64,000 bases of DNA from a cyanobacterium endosymbiont of Rhopalodia gibba (GCA_045159875.1 CP067995.1:1056001-1120000), one strand, 5' to 3'. Positions 46,723 to 59,655 are shown, numbered from the stretch's first letter. Numbers and translations are program-made. The notes: generated by a model not told the origin, from the sequence alone.

Positions 46723-48480
46723 TTACATTCTTTCCAAAACAGAAATTCCTAACAAAGACAAACCCAATTTTAGGGTTCTTGCTGTTAAATCGCACAGTAA
46801 TAAACGAGATGTTTTTAAAAGTTTTTCTGATCTAAGAACTGGACAATTTTCATAAAATCGGTTAAATTTTTTACTCAGTTCATATAGATAATCACATAAA
46901 CGATTAGGGAGCAAGGTTTTTTCAACTTCCTTAATTACTTCGTTAAACTGTAATAAGTATTTTCCTAGGTCAATCTCAGTATCTTCTTTAAGAATAATTT
47001 CAATATCTTTTTCTAACTTCTGGAAATCAATTTTTCCCTCTCGACTAATACTTTGTATCCTTGCATAAGCATAAAGCATATAAGGGGCTGTATTCCCTTG
47101 CAATGTAAGCATTTTTTTATAACTGAAAACATAATCACTAGTTCGTTTTTGGCTTAGATCTGCATATTTAACTGCACTAATTCCCACAACTTGGGAAACG
47201 TTATCAATAAATTCTCTAGATTCTTTTCTTTGCTCTTTCTTTAGTCTTTTTTCAATATCTTGACGTGCATGATTAACGGCTTCATCTAATAAGTCTCGTA
47301 GTTTCACTGTTGTTCCTGAACGAGTTTTTAATCTTTTGCCATCTTCTCCTTTAACTAGACCAAAAGGAATATGAATAATCTCCAATTTATCAGAAATTAT
47401 GTTAGCTTTTTTAGCTATCTGAAAAACTTGGGAAAAGTGATCAGCTTGCCCAGCATCAGTAACATAAATAATTCGTTCTGCTTTATCTTCTTCAATACGA
47501 TATTTTAAAGCAGCTAAATCACTAGTTGCATAGTTATAACCACCATCAGACTTTTGAACAATTAAAGGAAGAGGATTACCTGCTTTATTAGTGAATCCAT
47601 CTAAAAAAACACATCTGGCTCCTGCATCTTCTTTAAGTAACTCGTGTTTTTCTAATTTCTTAATAATATCTTCTAAAAAAGGATTATAAAAAGATTCTCC
47701 TCGTTCAGTTAATTTAATATCTAAACGATCATAAATTACCTGAAACTCCCGACGGGACTGAGCACATAATAATTGCCAAGCATGACGTGTTTTTTTCTCC
47801 CCAGCTTGTAATTCAACTACTTTATTCCTAGCAGTTTTTTTAAAATTTTCATCGTTGTCAAAGCGTTGTTTAGCTTGTTTATAAAATGTTCCTAAATCTC
47901 CAATATCTAAAGCATCTGCTGTGGTTAAAGCAGTAGGATAAACTTCGCTTAAATAAGCAATTAACATCCCGAATTGTGTTCCCCAATCTCCTAAATGATT
48001 GAGTCTTAGAACTTGATGACCTCTAAATTCTAAAGTTCGGGCAATACAATCACCGATAATAGTAGATCGCAAATGTCCAACATGCATTTCTTTAGCAATA
48101 TTGGGACTAGAAAAATCAACAATTATCTTTTGGGAAATATCAGTTTTTTCTATGCCTAAACGGGAATCAGATTGACTTGCTTTAAGCTGACTTTCAAGAT
48201 AAGTTATCTTCAGTCTAATATTAATAAATCCTAGTCCAGCAATAGTGGGGGGGTCTCCTAACTCTTCCAATGTTAAGTTATCAATAATTTTTTGAGCGAT
48301 ATCTCTCGGATTTTTCCCTAGTTTTTTAGCTAAAACTAGGGCAATATTCGATTGATAATCTCCAAATTTAGGATTGCTTGCCAAAACTACTAATGGATCA
48401 ATTTCAGCAAAGTCAGTTCCGAAAGCACTAACTAATGCTTGGCAAAAATATTGGGTTAATTGTTTGCTAATAGAAGTCAT
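46723..48480 (-). CDS. argS: Arginine--tRNA ligase
   Basis: [60 protein letters not shown]. Confidence 0.97.
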   Translation of the reverse strand: MTSISKQLTQYFCQALVSAFGTDFAEIDPLVVLASNPKFGDYQSNIALVLAKKLGKNPRDIAQKIIDNLTLEELGDPPTIAGLGFINIRLKITYLESQLKASQSDSRLGIEKTDISQKIIVDFSSPNIAKEMHVGHLRSTIIGDCIARTLEFRGHQVLRLNHLGDWGTQFGMLIAYLSEVYPTALTTADALDIGDLGTFYKQAKQRFDNDENFKKTARNKVVELQAGEKKTRHAWQLLCAQSRREFQVIYDRLDIKLTERGESFYNPFLEDIIKKLEKHELLKEDAGARCVFLDGFTNKAGNPLPLIVQKSDGGYNYATSDLAALKYRIEEDKAERIIYVTDAGQADHFSQVFQIAKKANIISDKLEIIHIPFGLVKGEDGKRLKTRSGTTVKLRDLLDEAVNHARQDIEKRLKKEQRKESREFIDNVSQVVGISAVKYADLSQKRTSDYVFSYKKMLTLQGNTAPYMLYAYARIQSISREGKIDFQKLEKDIEIILKEDTEIDLGKYLLQFNEVIKEVEKTLLPNRLCDYLYELSKKFNRFYENCPVLRSEKLLKTSRLLLCDLTARTLKLGLSLLGISVLERM

Positions 48481-49175
48481 TTTTTATATAAAAAAAAGTT
48501 ATTAAATAAACACTCTAAATCTAGATTAGACGAAACTTGAGCTAATCTGTCGAGATCATTGATATCTGGTAAGTAGGGTAGAATTCCTAAGACTCGGACT
48601 CCCGTCAATCGTTGAATTAACTCTATAGGAATCCAATCGGTTAATTCTTGTTCCGAAACGGACTTAGAGCAGCTTAAAATAATACCTTTTAGTTTAACAT
48701 TGCTTTGACGAGCTAAGGCTACATTAGCTACCGCTTTGGCGATTGCTCCTAACTTCACCGGAACAACCAAAACTGTCAATAACCGCCATTCTCTCGCTAA
48801 ATCAGCCACTGTTAACTCCCAAGTTAGCGGAGATCCCAAACCCCCTAATCCTTCGACTAAAATAAAATCAGATGTTTGCTGCAAGGATACTAAATCTTGC
48901 CAAACTTCTTGTAAAGGAATGGATCGTCCTTCACGTTGGGCTGCGATGGGTGGGGCCACAGGGGTTTGAAAAGACAAGGGGTTAACTACTTTCACTAAAG
49001 TAAAATCAGCAAACAACCGTTGATAATATTGATAATCTCCTTCTCCTGTTTGTAACAGTTTCATTAAACCTAAAGGTTGATGGGAATAATATTTTTGTAA
49101 ATAAGCCGCTAAAGCAGCTGTTACAATGGTTTTGCCAACTTCTGTATTTGTTCCTGCAATTAACAATGTTGTCAT
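48477..49175 (-). CDS. bioD: Dethiobiotin synthase
   Basis: [24 protein letters not shown]; 4-nt overlap with the argS start. Confidence 0.92.
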   Translation of the reverse strand: MTTLLIAGTNTEVGKTIVTAALAAYLQKYYSHQPLGLMKLLQTGEGDYQYYQRLFADFTLVKVVNPLSFQTPVAPPIAAQREGRSIPLQEVWQDLVSLQQTSDFILVEGLGGLGSPLTWELTVADLAREWRLLTVLVVPVKLGAIAKAVANVALARQSNVKLKGIILSCSKSVSEQELTDWIPIELIQRLTGVRVLGILPYLPDINDLDRLAQVSSNLDLECLFNNFFLYKK

Positions 49176-49452
49176 TTTATAAATTTTAAAAAACTCTTAT
49201 AATTTTCTGATAATTGTTCATTTTTGTTCAAGTTTAGGGAACAATGAAACCTATCATTCTTAATTTTCTCACCAGTTTACCAGCTTCTTAGAAAAATTAC
49301 CTAAAACTTCTAAGTATAAAAACTATCTGTGCATATATATTTATTAAAGGGAGCCTTCGATATGATCGTACGTAGAAGAAGAAAACTCACTCAGGCAACC
49401 AAAAAACCTGAGATGATAGATTTGCTATAATTTAAAGGGACAAAAGTCTGCT

Positions 49453-50445
49453 GTGAGTCACACCCCTATATTAACGTTAAATCCAACAGCGCCAACACTG
49501 TCGGAGAATAATCGCCTAAGTCTTTTTTCAGGGTCTGCTAACACTCCTCTTGCCCAAGAGGTTGCCTGTTATTTAGGAATGAACATTGGTCCGATGGTCC
49601 GCAAAAAATTTGCTGATGGGGAACTTTATGTTCAGATTCAAGAATCTATTCGGGGATGTGATGTTTATTTAATCCAACCCTGTTCTCATCCTGTGAATGA
49701 TCACTTCGTGGAATTGCTGATCATGATTGATGCCTGCCGTCGGGCATCAGCGCGGCAAATTACTGCTGTCATTCCTTATTATGCTTATGGACGGGCTGAT
49801 CGTAAAACTGCAGGACGCGAATCGATTACCGCTAAACTGGTAGCTAATTTATTCACTAAAGCTGGAGCCCAACGGGTATTGGCCATGGATTTACATTCGG
49901 CCCAAATACAAGGTTATTTTGACATCCCCTTTGATCACGTTTATGGATCTCCCGTGATTGTTAATTATTTAGCAAGTAAACAACTTTCCGATTTAGTAGT
50001 TGTCTCCCCTGACGTGGGAGGCGTAGCTAGGGCAAGGGCATTTGCTAAAAAACTTAATGGGGCTCCCTTAGCAATTATTGATAAACGCCGTCAGGCTCAT
50101 AATGTGGCTGAAGTGTTAAATCTAATTGGGGATGTTCGTGGAAAAACTGCCGTCTTAGTCGATGACATGATCGACACGGCCAGCACTATTTTAGAAGGGG
50201 CTAGACTGTTGCGTAAAGAAGGCGCAAGACAGGTTTATGCTTGTGCAACTCATGCCGTCTTCTCCGAACCAGCCATTTCTAGGTTATCGAGTGGAATGTT
50301 AGAAGAAGTTATTGTAACTAACACAATTGGTGTTCCCAAAGAACGTCATTTTAAACAACTAACGGTTCTCTCGGTTGCTAATTTAATTGGGGAAGCTATC
50401 TGGCGCATCCATGAAGATACTTCTGTTAGTAGTATGTTCCGCTAG
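49453..50445 (+). CDS. prs: Ribose-phosphate pyrophosphokinase
   Basis: FADGE, ESIRG, DLHSAQIQGYFD, VSPDVGGVARA, VDDMIDTA; GTG start. Confidence 0.97.
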   Translation: MSHTPILTLNPTAPTLSENNRLSLFSGSANTPLAQEVACYLGMNIGPMVRKKFADGELYVQIQESIRGCDVYLIQPCSHPVNDHFVELLIMIDACRRASARQITAVIPYYAYGRADRKTAGRESITAKLVANLFTKAGAQRVLAMDLHSAQIQGYFDIPFDHVYGSPVIVNYLASKQLSDLVVVSPDVGGVARARAFAKKLNGAPLAIIDKRRQAHNVAEVLNLIGDVRGKTAVLVDDMIDTASTILEGARLLRKEGARQVYACATHAVFSEPAISRLSSGMLEEVIVTNTIGVPKERHFKQLTVLSVANLIGEAIWRIHEDTSVSSMFR

Positions 50446-50538
50446 TTATCTAATCTAATCGTTTCTTATTACTTTAAAATAATTGGCAATTGACTATCAA
50501 TTGCTGATTACTAATTGTTGATTACTGCTTACTAATCT

Positions 50539-50955
50539 ATGAATTGCCACCAAAAAAAATTGTCTATTTTAACCAGAGGAAAAGATTTTCATCGGATTAC
50601 CCGTATGATAGAAGAAGTGGTTATTGAGTCTGAAATTAAAACAGGATTGTGTACTATTTTTGTACTTCATACATCAGCATCATTGGTAATTCAAGAAAAT
50701 GCTGATCCTGATGTTTTAGTAGATTTATCTAATTTCTTTACCCGATTAGTTCCCGAATCAGGACACTATATTCATAGTACTGAAGGACCGGACGATATGC
50801 CTGCTCATATCCGCTCGGCGTTAACAAAAACCTCTGAACAAATTCCTATTAGTCAAGGTCGATTAGTTTTAGGTATTTGGCAAGGTATTTATCTTTGGGA
50901 ACACCGCACAGGTAGTCATAGACGGGATGTCATGATTCATATAAGTGGAGTTTAA
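50539..50955 (+). CDS. YjbQ/UPF0047 family protein
   Basis: HTSASLVIQENADPDV, EGPDDMPAHI, LGIWQGIYLWEH. Confidence 0.92.
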   Translation: MNCHQKKLSILTRGKDFHRITRMIEEVVIESEIKTGLCTIFVLHTSASLVIQENADPDVLVDLSNFFTRLVPESGHYIHSTEGPDDMPAHIRSALTKTSEQIPISQGRLVLGIWQGIYLWEHRTGSHRRDVMIHISGV

Positions 50956-50970
50956 ATGCAAAGTCTAAGC

Positions 50971-51010
50971 AGACTGATTAGCAGCATTTTTTAATATTGC
51001 TAATCAGTCT
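50971..51010 (+). terminator. Hairpin after prs-yjbQ
   Basis: agactgattagca ... tgctaatcagtct (13-bp arms). Confidence 0.55.
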
Positions 51011-51449
51011 ACGACTAAATTCTCAAGAATTAACTTCTCTAAAAAATACTCTTAATAAGTTAATTGATAGTTATGGTTAATAACCAGTACATTAAATTGT
51101 AATTTTGGCTCTTGTCTTCCCTAAGTACAAAAATAGTTTGATCCTACTAATAATCTAATAGATAATTAGATTCAAGAGTTAAATTATTTAAATTTTAAGA
51201 AAATTATCGGTTTAATTTGGAGCTAGAAAATGGATTATTTGTCTTAGGTAGATATGTCATTTGATTTTAATTCCAAAAAACAACAGATGTAGTTATTTCT
51301 TATACTCTTTAAGTATTTATGTCCTCTATATTTATTAATTTTAAGTTCTGAATATCATAATTTATGGCATCAATAAGATATTTTATACTAATCTTCGAAG
51401 CTGTTTCTTGGACGCGATCAGAAAAATATAGTCATAAATAAAGAAGATT

Positions 51450-51710
51450 ATGCCAAAAGGAGAGTACTAGTATTCTAAAATCTATAATCTCTTACGAGGG
51501 AATAAATTACCTTTAGAGGTTTATCAATTAAAGAATGGGATATACATACATATTTTTGGTAGAAGAACTCATTTGTTTGGTGATCGAAACGATCGCTCGA
51601 AATTCACTAAGGTCTTGAAAGAGAATAGTTGTATTGGTCTAATTATGAAAGGTAAGCGATATTTTACCGTTCAAGAACGAGGAATAAAAGTTCAAAAACT
51701 AGAAAAATAA
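51450..51710 (+). pseudogene. Probable decayed CDS of unknown family
   Basis: MPKGEY* followed by about 79 open codons (YSKIYNLLRGNKLPLEVYQ...KVQKLEK*) in the same frame. Confidence 0.35.
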
Positions 51711-51954
51711 TTAGGAAGTTTAGGCATTGATCCTAATAAATTAATTACCCTGAAAATTTGTCTTGTATTCTTCAGATTACTACAATTTAAGATTACTTCC
51801 TGTATTCATTTTAATATGATCAACAATTTTGACATAACCTGAAGCTAATCTAAAGTTATTGGGCAAAGCAGCGATTCTTGATTAAGCTTAATGAAAAGCA
51901 ATATAGATGAAGTCAAACTTCTGACTTCTTAACTTTTGAGCGGATGACTTCATT

Positions 51955-53013
51955 ATGACTAGTTTCCACCCCGTGGCTATTCCAGAATGCAGCCTTGATC
52001 GTGACTGTACTACTCTTTCTCGCCACATTCTCCAACAACTTCAAAGCTTTTCCCCGGAAGCCCAGGATCTTAGTGCTATCATGACCCGCATCGCCTTGGC
52101 TGGGAAACTAATTGCCCGTCGACTTAGCCGTGCCGGTCTTATGGCTGATGTTTTAGGATTTACGGGAGAAACCAATGTTCAGGGAGAATCCGTCAAGAAG
52201 ATGGATGTCTACGCTAACGATGTATTTATCTCTGTATTTGAGCAAAGCGGCTTAGTTTGTCGTCTCGCTTCTGAAGAAATGGAGGACCCCTATTATATTC
52301 CAGAAAATTGTCCTATTGGACGCTATACCCTTCTTTATGATCCCATCGATGGTTCCTCCAATGTGGATATTAATTTAAACGTGGGGTCCATTTTTGCCAT
52401 TCGTCAACAACAGATAGTGGATGAAGATGAAAAAGGAGCGGATTTATTGCAAGATGGCAAAGGACAACTAGCGGCCGGATACATTCTTTATGGTCCTTCG
52501 ACCATGTTAGTTTACTCTATTGGTCATGGGGTTCACTCTTTTCTTCTCGATCCCAGTTTAGGGGAATTTATCCTTGCTCAAGAAAATATTAAGATTCCTG
52601 ATCATGGACCAGTCTACAGTAACAATGAAGGGAATTTTTGGCAGTGGGATGAAGCTATTCGGGACTATACCCGTTATGTTCACCGCCATGAAGGATACAC
52701 CGCTCGTTATAGTGGAGCTCTCGTCGGAGATGTCCACCGAATTTTAATGCAAGGGGGAGTGTTTCTTTATCCCGGTACAGTAAAAAAACCTGAAGGAAAA
52801 TTACGATTGCTTTATGAAACTGCGCCCCTCGCTTTTTTGATTGAACAAGCAGGAGGAAAAGCTAGCGACGGCACCACAAGAATCTTAGATATCGTTCCCG
52901 ATAAACTGCATGCAAGAACTCCATTAGTGATCGGTTCTAAAGATGATGTTAAGCTCGTCGAGTCATTTATTGAAGATCGCAAACATCGAGAAAACATTAC
53001 AGGAAAGGCGTAA
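51955..53013 (+). CDS. fbp: Class 1 fructose-1,6-bisphosphatase
   Basis: [38 protein letters not shown]. Confidence 0.97.
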   Translation: MTSFHPVAIPECSLDRDCTTLSRHILQQLQSFSPEAQDLSAIMTRIALAGKLIARRLSRAGLMADVLGFTGETNVQGESVKKMDVYANDVFISVFEQSGLVCRLASEEMEDPYYIPENCPIGRYTLLYDPIDGSSNVDINLNVGSIFAIRQQQIVDEDEKGADLLQDGKGQLAAGYILYGPSTMLVYSIGHGVHSFLLDPSLGEFILAQENIKIPDHGPVYSNNEGNFWQWDEAIRDYTRYVHRHEGYTARYSGALVGDVHRILMQGGVFLYPGTVKKPEGKLRLLYETAPLAFLIEQAGGKASDGTTRILDIVPDKLHARTPLVIGSKDDVKLVESFIEDRKHRENITGKA

Positions 53014-53038
53014 TATTACGCCTTTCCTGTAATGTTTT
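52991..53038. repeat. Perfect 48-bp loop-less palindrome spanning the fbp stop
   Basis: aaaacattacaggaaaggcgtaat|attacgcctttcctgtaatgtttt. Confidence 0.97.
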
Positions 53039-53143
53039 GGACTGTTCCTTATATAATTTTTTTGTTGAGATTGAGATGCTTATTTTCTTTGATAGTTAGA
53101 AAAAAGCTCTAGATGCCAATTTTTCTGAATCTAGGAGCAATAA

Positions 53144-53201
53144 ACAAGAACCCCACAGCTCCTAAGTTTTGATCAAAACTTAGGAGCTGTGGGGTTCTTG
53201 T
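53144..53201. repeat. Perfect 58-bp loop-less palindrome centred on GATC
   Basis: acaagaaccccacagctcctaagttttga|tcaaaacttaggagctgtggggttcttgt. Confidence 0.97.
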
Positions 53202-53698
53202 GGAAATTTTTAAGCTTGCCAAGTACCAAAAGGACAGACTTTACAAAGATTTTGCTCATTCAAATTTATGGAATATGAATATAATATCAGCACGGAAAAA
53301 ATAGGAACAACGACAAGACAAAAGTTATTAGGCAAAAGGCAATCTCAATTTTTAGAAAATAATTTTTGCTGTTCATTTTTTCTAGGAGAGTTAGTGTTCA
53401 GTTAATTAGTCCTATTTTTCCAGAAATCAAAATGTAATTAGCCACACACGAGTGTGAATAAAGTTTACTCCTCCAAAAGAAATTTTTAAGTTTTGTCCAA
53501 AATTAAAATGAAAGCTGGCAAAAAAACTGAAAAATTTTAGTATTTTTTTTTCTAGCGAACTTTACTCGTATCGATTACGTATTGATTAATTTTATAGAAA
53601 AAAAATATCTTTTAAAACCTTTTGTGTAGAGTTTTTTAATGACGTTGATATTATTATATGCCTACGTATTTAACAGTTATTAAAGCTGATAAAGTCAA

Positions 53699-53748
53699 AA
53701 ACAAGATTAGTCTAGTATGTTCTAGAACATACTAGACTAATCTTGTTT
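53699..53748. repeat. Perfect 50-bp loop-less palindrome centred on CTAG
   Basis: aaacaagattagtctagtatgttct|agaacatactagactaatcttgttt. Confidence 0.97.
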
Positions 53749-54089
53749 AAACAAATCAATTAATTAATTTAAATATTTTTTTTTTACTTCTGATACCAGT
53801 AAATGTTTGTCTGATTTTTACCAAAACCTACCGTCATTTTATATTTATTCGTAAAATACAACTTTCAGCGTTTGTTGGCTATAATGTTATTATGGCGATT
53901 TTGAAAAAGCTAAAAGCTAGAAGAATTTAAAAGTTGCTTTCTTTATGTTTTCCTTTGTCTTCTACCACTCTTCATAAGAGATTTAAATACAGATGTAATG
54001 ACCAAAGCTTAATTTTCTGTGATAAGTTCCCTTAAATCAAAGAAGTTCTCGGTACACTGGAGATTAACGAAGGAGCATATGAAAACTCT

Positions 54090-55619
54090 ATGGTAACGCT
54101 GCTAGAAAACCCCTTCCGCGTAGGACTACGCCAAGAACGAACCCCAGAACCCCTAATACTCGTAATTTTCGGGGCTTCTGGCGACCTTACTCAAAGGAAA
54201 CTTGTTCCCGCCGTCTATAAAATGAAACAAGAACGGCGACTTCCCCCAGGATTAACTATCGTAGGGGTTGCCCGTCGGGACTGGAGTCACGATTTTTTTC
54301 GGGAACAAATGCGTAAGGGAATTGAAGAATTCTCCGATGGCATCGGCAATGAACAACTCTGGAATGATTTTGCCCAAGGGTTGTTCTATTGTCCTGGTAA
54401 CATGGATGACTCAGAAAGCTATGACAAACTTAAAGTCTTCCTAGAAGAACTCGACAGCAAGCGAGGAACACGAGGCAACCGCGTCTTTTATCTCTCGGTT
54501 TCCCCTAACTTCTTCCCTCCTGGCATCAGACAACTAGGGGCGGCAGGAATGCTAAGTGATCCTGTAAAACATCGCATTGTCATTGAAAAACCTTTTGGTA
54601 AAGACTTGAGTTCAGCTCAAGTTTTAAATCGGATTGTTCAAAACGTTTGTAAAGAAGAACAAGTTTATCGCATTGACCATTATTTAGGCAAAGAAACTGT
54701 TCAGAACTTGTTAGTTTTCCGCTTTGCCAACACCATTTTTGAGCCCCTTTGGAACCGTCAATTTGTAGATAACGTTCAAATTACTGTGGCTGAAACCGTC
54801 GGGGTCGAAGATCGGGCAGGTTATTACGAAAGCTCTGGGGCTTTACGGGATATGCTGCAAAATCACTTAATGCAGCTGTTTTGTCTGACGGCGATGGAAC
54901 CGCCTAACGCTCTGAGTGCTGATAGTGTTCGTAGCGAAAAAGTAAAAGTCTTGCAAGCGACACACCTCGCAGACCTTCACAACTTAGAAAACTCGGCAGT
55001 TCGCGGACAGTACAAAGCGGGATGGATGAAAGGAAAATCTGTTGCTGGCTATCGAGAAGAGCCAGGGGTTAATCCAAATTCTACTACCCCCACCTACGTC
55101 GCCATGAAATTAATGATTGATAACTGGCGTTGGAAAGGAGTTCCTTTTTATCTACGGACAGGAAAACGTCTGCCTAAAAAGGTCACTGAAATTGCCATTC
55201 AATTTAAGGAAGTTCCTCTACTTATTTTCCAATCTGTTGCTCATCAGACTCATGCGAACGTATTAAGTATGCGAATCCAACCCAATGAGGGTATTGATCT
55301 AAGGTTTGAAGCCAAAATGCCTGGGTCAGAATTAAGAACCCGTACAGTGGAAATGGACTTTAATTATGGATCTTCCTTTGGCATGGCAACTGCCGATGCT
55401 TACCATCGTCTCCTCCTCGATACTATGTTAGGGGATCAAACCCTATTTACTCGTGCCGATGAAGTGGAAGAGGCTTGGCGTGTCGTCACTCCTATTTTAT
55501 CTGCTTGGGATGGACAAGCTGACCCGTCTACCGTTCCTCAATACGAAGCTGGAACATGGGAACCAGAAGAAGCAGAATTGTTGTTGAACCGCGATGGTCG
55601 GCGTTGGCGACGATTGTAA
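54090..55619 (+). CDS. zwf: Glucose-6-phosphate 1-dehydrogenase
   Basis: [45 protein letters not shown]. Confidence 0.98.
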   Translation: MVTLLENPFRVGLRQERTPEPLILVIFGASGDLTQRKLVPAVYKMKQERRLPPGLTIVGVARRDWSHDFFREQMRKGIEEFSDGIGNEQLWNDFAQGLFYCPGNMDDSESYDKLKVFLEELDSKRGTRGNRVFYLSVSPNFFPPGIRQLGAAGMLSDPVKHRIVIEKPFGKDLSSAQVLNRIVQNVCKEEQVYRIDHYLGKETVQNLLVFRFANTIFEPLWNRQFVDNVQITVAETVGVEDRAGYYESSGALRDMLQNHLMQLFCLTAMEPPNALSADSVRSEKVKVLQATHLADLHNLENSAVRGQYKAGWMKGKSVAGYREEPGVNPNSTTPTYVAMKLMIDNWRWKGVPFYLRTGKRLPKKVTEIAIQFKEVPLLIFQSVAHQTHANVLSMRIQPNEGIDLRFEAKMPGSELRTRTVEMDFNYGSSFGMATADAYHRLLLDTMLGDQTLFTRADEVEEAWRVVTPILSAWDGQADPSTVPQYEAGTWEPEEAELLLNRDGRRWRRL

Positions 55620-55665
55620 TTGAGGAAACAATTGTTAATTGTAGAATGTAAACGAAGAACTCACC

Positions 55666-57036
55666 ATGACTACCCAAACCCCCCCTCTAGTTTCCCTACA
55701 AGACCCAAAGGATGTTTCTATTGATGTCGTTGAAGCTGAACTAGCCAGTATCTGGCAGAGTTACGGCACCGATGGAGATAGGATGGCTGCCACTAGAGCA
55801 ACCACTTTTACCTTTGTGGTTTATGAACCTGAACCCACCCAACATTTGTTAGCTACCCTAGGCTTTTATACGGGTCCAGTAGATGGCATCGCTGGACCTA
55901 GGACCGTCGCCGCGATTAAATCAGCCCAGAAAGCTTATGAGATGAAGGTAACAGGGAAATCTGACCAGACCTTACTCGATAGGTTAGAAAAAGAACTAGG
56001 AAAAGCCAAAGCTGAAGGAAAATTAACCGATGTACAGCAACGGACTTCTCAACAGTATACTCCCGACTTGGAAGGGACAGGAATTGCCGATACCATCGCT
56101 TCGGCGAATCCTTGTCGAATCATCACCCTTTGTCCTACCGTTGGCGAAGATAACGGAGTCAAAGCTCAAGTTTCTGCTTATTGTCCAGTCAATAAAGGCA
56201 GTCAAAATACTTTAGTTTGTTGTGAGTATATTACCTTACACGGAACCGCAGAAGCCTTAGAGAGAATTGGAGGAGTTATCTCTAATTTGACCATTAGCGG
56301 GTTATCTACTTTTGTTTGGTGGAAAGCTGAACCTAATCCTGAATATGGCTTGTTCAAACGTCTAGTATCCCAAGGGGATACTCTGATTATCGACTCTAGT
56401 ATCTTTAGCGATCCTGAAGGAGATTTATCTCGCACTATTGAAATGTTAGCCGATGATGTTTCTCTAGCTGATTTAAACTGGGCGCGTTTGGGTCCATGGC
56501 AAGAGTTAACCGCTGCTGCATTTGATCCCCCCGAACGTCGTGATGCTGTCCAAGAAATTGATCGGGGAACTATTGATTATGAAAAAGGTAATCCAGCCCA
56601 AGCATTAATGTTCCTTGGATGGATGGCTAGTCGATTACAATGGAAACCTGTTGGTTATAAGCATGAAGGTGGAGAATACGATATTCGACGGATTGAATTT
56701 ATCAATGGTGAAAATAAATCCATTGAAGCAGAATTAGCAGGGGTTCCTTTAACAGACTGGGGTGAAGTTTTAGGGGACTTAATTAGTATTAAGTTGAGTT
56801 CAACTAATCTTGAAGCAGACTGTTGTACCGTCTTTTGTTCAGGAACTACTGGATGTATGCGGATGGAGGCTTCTGGCGGCGCGCAGGCTTGTCGTATTGA
56901 ACAAGTAACTTCCTTAGCAGATCAAAAAACTGATCGACTGTTGAGTAAGCAATTGCAACGGTGGGGTCAAGATATCCTTTACAAGGAAAGTATGGAAGTT
57001 GTAGATCAAATTCTTAAATTGGCGAGTCAATCTTAA
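55666..57036 (+). CDS. opcA: G6PDH assembly/activator protein OpcA
   Basis: Directly after zwf; ATRATTF, peptidoglycan-binding-like insert (VDGIAGPRT), NPCRIITL, ADLNWARL. Confidence 0.94.
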   Translation: MTTQTPPLVSLQDPKDVSIDVVEAELASIWQSYGTDGDRMAATRATTFTFVVYEPEPTQHLLATLGFYTGPVDGIAGPRTVAAIKSAQKAYEMKVTGKSDQTLLDRLEKELGKAKAEGKLTDVQQRTSQQYTPDLEGTGIADTIASANPCRIITLCPTVGEDNGVKAQVSAYCPVNKGSQNTLVCCEYITLHGTAEALERIGGVISNLTISGLSTFVWWKAEPNPEYGLFKRLVSQGDTLIIDSSIFSDPEGDLSRTIEMLADDVSLADLNWARLGPWQELTAAAFDPPERRDAVQEIDRGTIDYEKGNPAQALMFLGWMASRLQWKPVGYKHEGGEYDIRRIEFINGENKSIEAELAGVPLTDWGEVLGDLISIKLSSTNLEADCCTVFCSGTTGCMRMEASGGAQACRIEQVTSLADQKTDRLLSKQLQRWGQDILYKESMEVVDQILKLASQS

Positions 57037-58412
57037 GGGTTAGTTTATTCTCAATGTTTGAGGGCAAGTTTAGAGGTAAAGTTATCTTTTAAAACTGCCC
57101 TTTGTTTATGCTTATGATAAATTTTTGGACCCCTTCCCTTACAAGGGAAAACATTTAGCTGGTAATTTCTATTAAAATGGACATTTTGCTTTGGATAAAG
57201 CAAGTATCCAATAGTCAATCAACTATTTTGATACAGTTTTCTAATGATTAGACTACTATGCGTAGATAAGCCTAAACATCCTTTTGGCAACCTTATAAAC
57301 TTTTATTTGATGCCACTACTTTTCCAGTATATTTAGTTCTAGACTATAAGTTTATAAATAAAATGAATATAATTCTTTCTCTTCCCATTTTTTAAGTTTA
57401 GCTTGAACTAAACTAGTTTTTTGAGCTGAGTCATGCTCAAGGACAATTATTATCTCTATTTCTTTGTTTTTGAAGTATTTTTAGTTCTACCTGTCTATAT
57501 GTCTTATTGTTTTTAAAAAAATAATTAAAACTTTTATTTTATTTCTATATTCTGATTATATTTAGTTGTTTTCATTTTCTTACTCTGTGTAATTACTTTA
57601 TTCTTTTTCTTTCTCTATTTTAAAGAATCAAAAAAATATGAGTCATTAATCATTTTAAAGACTTATATTTTTTTGTAAGGATACATAGATACAGTAGAGT
57701 ACTGTTTCTTCTAATGAAATCTTTGCTCAATATGAGCTATATAATCTAATTCGATATATTAGAGAAATTAATCCCTGAATTTTAGCTAATGTTTGCCTAT
57801 GACAGTAGATATGCTATATAGACTATTTCCAGACTTTCGTTTCCATGTCCATGGACAGATTACAATCAAAAAATTTAAAATTCACTAAGATAGCCAGCAC
57901 AATTATAGAGGGAAAGAAAATACTATTTACACTGTAAATTTTTCTCGGCGACGGATTCAAAGGTTACGGGATGATATTTAGTCCATATCTGATTCTAATT
58001 ATCCTGAAAACTGATGGAGCACTAAATTTTGAGCACTAAACTAACGTATTACACACAATGACGTATCGTTAAAAACGGTACATTTACATACTATGTAAAT
58101 ATACCGTGTATGGTGGTTAACAATAAATTCCTGACTTGATAAGAATTTTAGAAGTTGTTTTGTTCTACTGCTACTGTGTTGTTCTTAATCTAGAAGAGCC
58201 ATAATTGCTTCTTTTAGAGATTATACTGAGTACAATCTTTCCCGGAAAGCATTAGACTCAAACGACCTAGACTTAGATTATTTTCGGGAGCAACTTATCT
58301 TAACTATCTAGCTAAACTAAAAGATTTTCTCTTCTCATGGATAGGAGTCAGTATGTTATGGTTAAGATGACATTATTATGACTGAGATGTATTACCTGCT
58401 AAGGAGAGACCT

Positions 58413-58724
58413 ATGTTACATCGCAAGATTTATCAAATCTGTACAGAGGGTCGTGAAGTCTGTCTTTTCTTGCGGGATCAACAGCGTTGGATTGAAGGGG
58501 CTACTATAGTCTCCCTAGAAGGAGACTTAGTCACAATTCGTTATGAAACCGAAGAAGATGATGAGATTAGCTCCTGGGAGGAAATGGTACGACTCGAGAG
58601 TATCGGTTCTCTGAGTCAAAAACTAGCGTCCGTCTCAAGATACAATTCTGAGCTCCTTATTGCTGATGAATGTCCTAGTGAGGAACAAATTCATCCCCAT
58701 TCTCCCGAATCAAATCAAGAATAA
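58413..58724 (+). CDS. Conserved cyanobacterial protein (DUF6679-like)
   Basis: MLHRKIYQ...FLRDQQRWIE...EGDLVTIRYETEE...SWEEMVRLESIG; AAGGAG RBS upstream. Confidence 0.8.
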   Translation: MLHRKIYQICTEGREVCLFLRDQQRWIEGATIVSLEGDLVTIRYETEEDDEISSWEEMVRLESIGSLSQKLASVSRYNSELLIADECPSEEQIHPHSPESNQE

Positions 58725-59655
58725 ATAAATCATTCCTAGGCTTTCGTGTACAGTGCAGATTTCTTTACATTGTTCATGAGATTGTCTGAATGATGGATTA
58801 TTATAGCGGGTTCTACATCTTAATCAAAAAAATCTATGTTGTACACCTGTGCGACTCATATGGAAAAAGTTCACTGTCGTCAATGACTTTAGTGACTTAT
58901 TGTTAGGTAAGTTTTTCGAAGAATCCAAATCTGATAAAAGCGATTACGTTACTCCTAGGCAGTCTTTAGTCAAAAGATTTCCAGTGTTGATCTATGGAGA
59001 TATCTCCCCGAATTAATCTCCAAGATTAGAAATTTTGAGTCTGGGGATTAGCTGCTCCTAAAATATTTAGTTGGTTGTATTTGATAAAACTTCCCTATCA
59101 GGGATATCCCAAGGACTTTTACTGTGTTACCTGTTGCTCTAAATTAGAAGTTGAGTATAAAGAAATTAAAGTCATTTGTTTTATAAAGTTAGTGGGACTG
59201 GCTCTGCAAGTAGCCTATCTTAGGCGACACTTTTATGAAGGATATGCGATCAATCTTCCCCTTGAAGATTTTTTAAAAGAGACTAAATTTTTAGTGTTTG
59301 AATTATTCGGAGAATCTCTACTTTCTAAGCATAATGAGTAAATGTGATAAATAGTTTTTTATTTATCTTCTTGAAAGAAAGTTAAATAAATTAATCGGTT
59401 ATAATTTCTGTCAAAAAATTAGCAAAAATTTTGGTAACGTAATAGCTATCTATAACGGGGAGATACTTGGGAGAAAGAACGTTATGTTAGCTATTTGTAC
59501 AGTTAAAAGTTGGTTGTGGCAATATAAATAATTGCCTAACACTAAATCATAAGTTCTATTATTGATAGTATTTTATGCGTTAACTTAAGTATCATAATTT
59601 TACTTCTCAATCACAATGTTTTTTTGACTAATATTTTTTATTTTTTATTATTTTT

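Noticed and set aside
53014..54089. Transaldolase pseudogene between fbp and zwf
   Set aside because: The gap size fits, but I found no Tal motif such as TTNP/TSNP in the frames I read
58730..59010. Cys-containing minus-strand relic after the DUF6679-like gene
   Set aside because: Probably a pseudogene, but the family cannot be assigned
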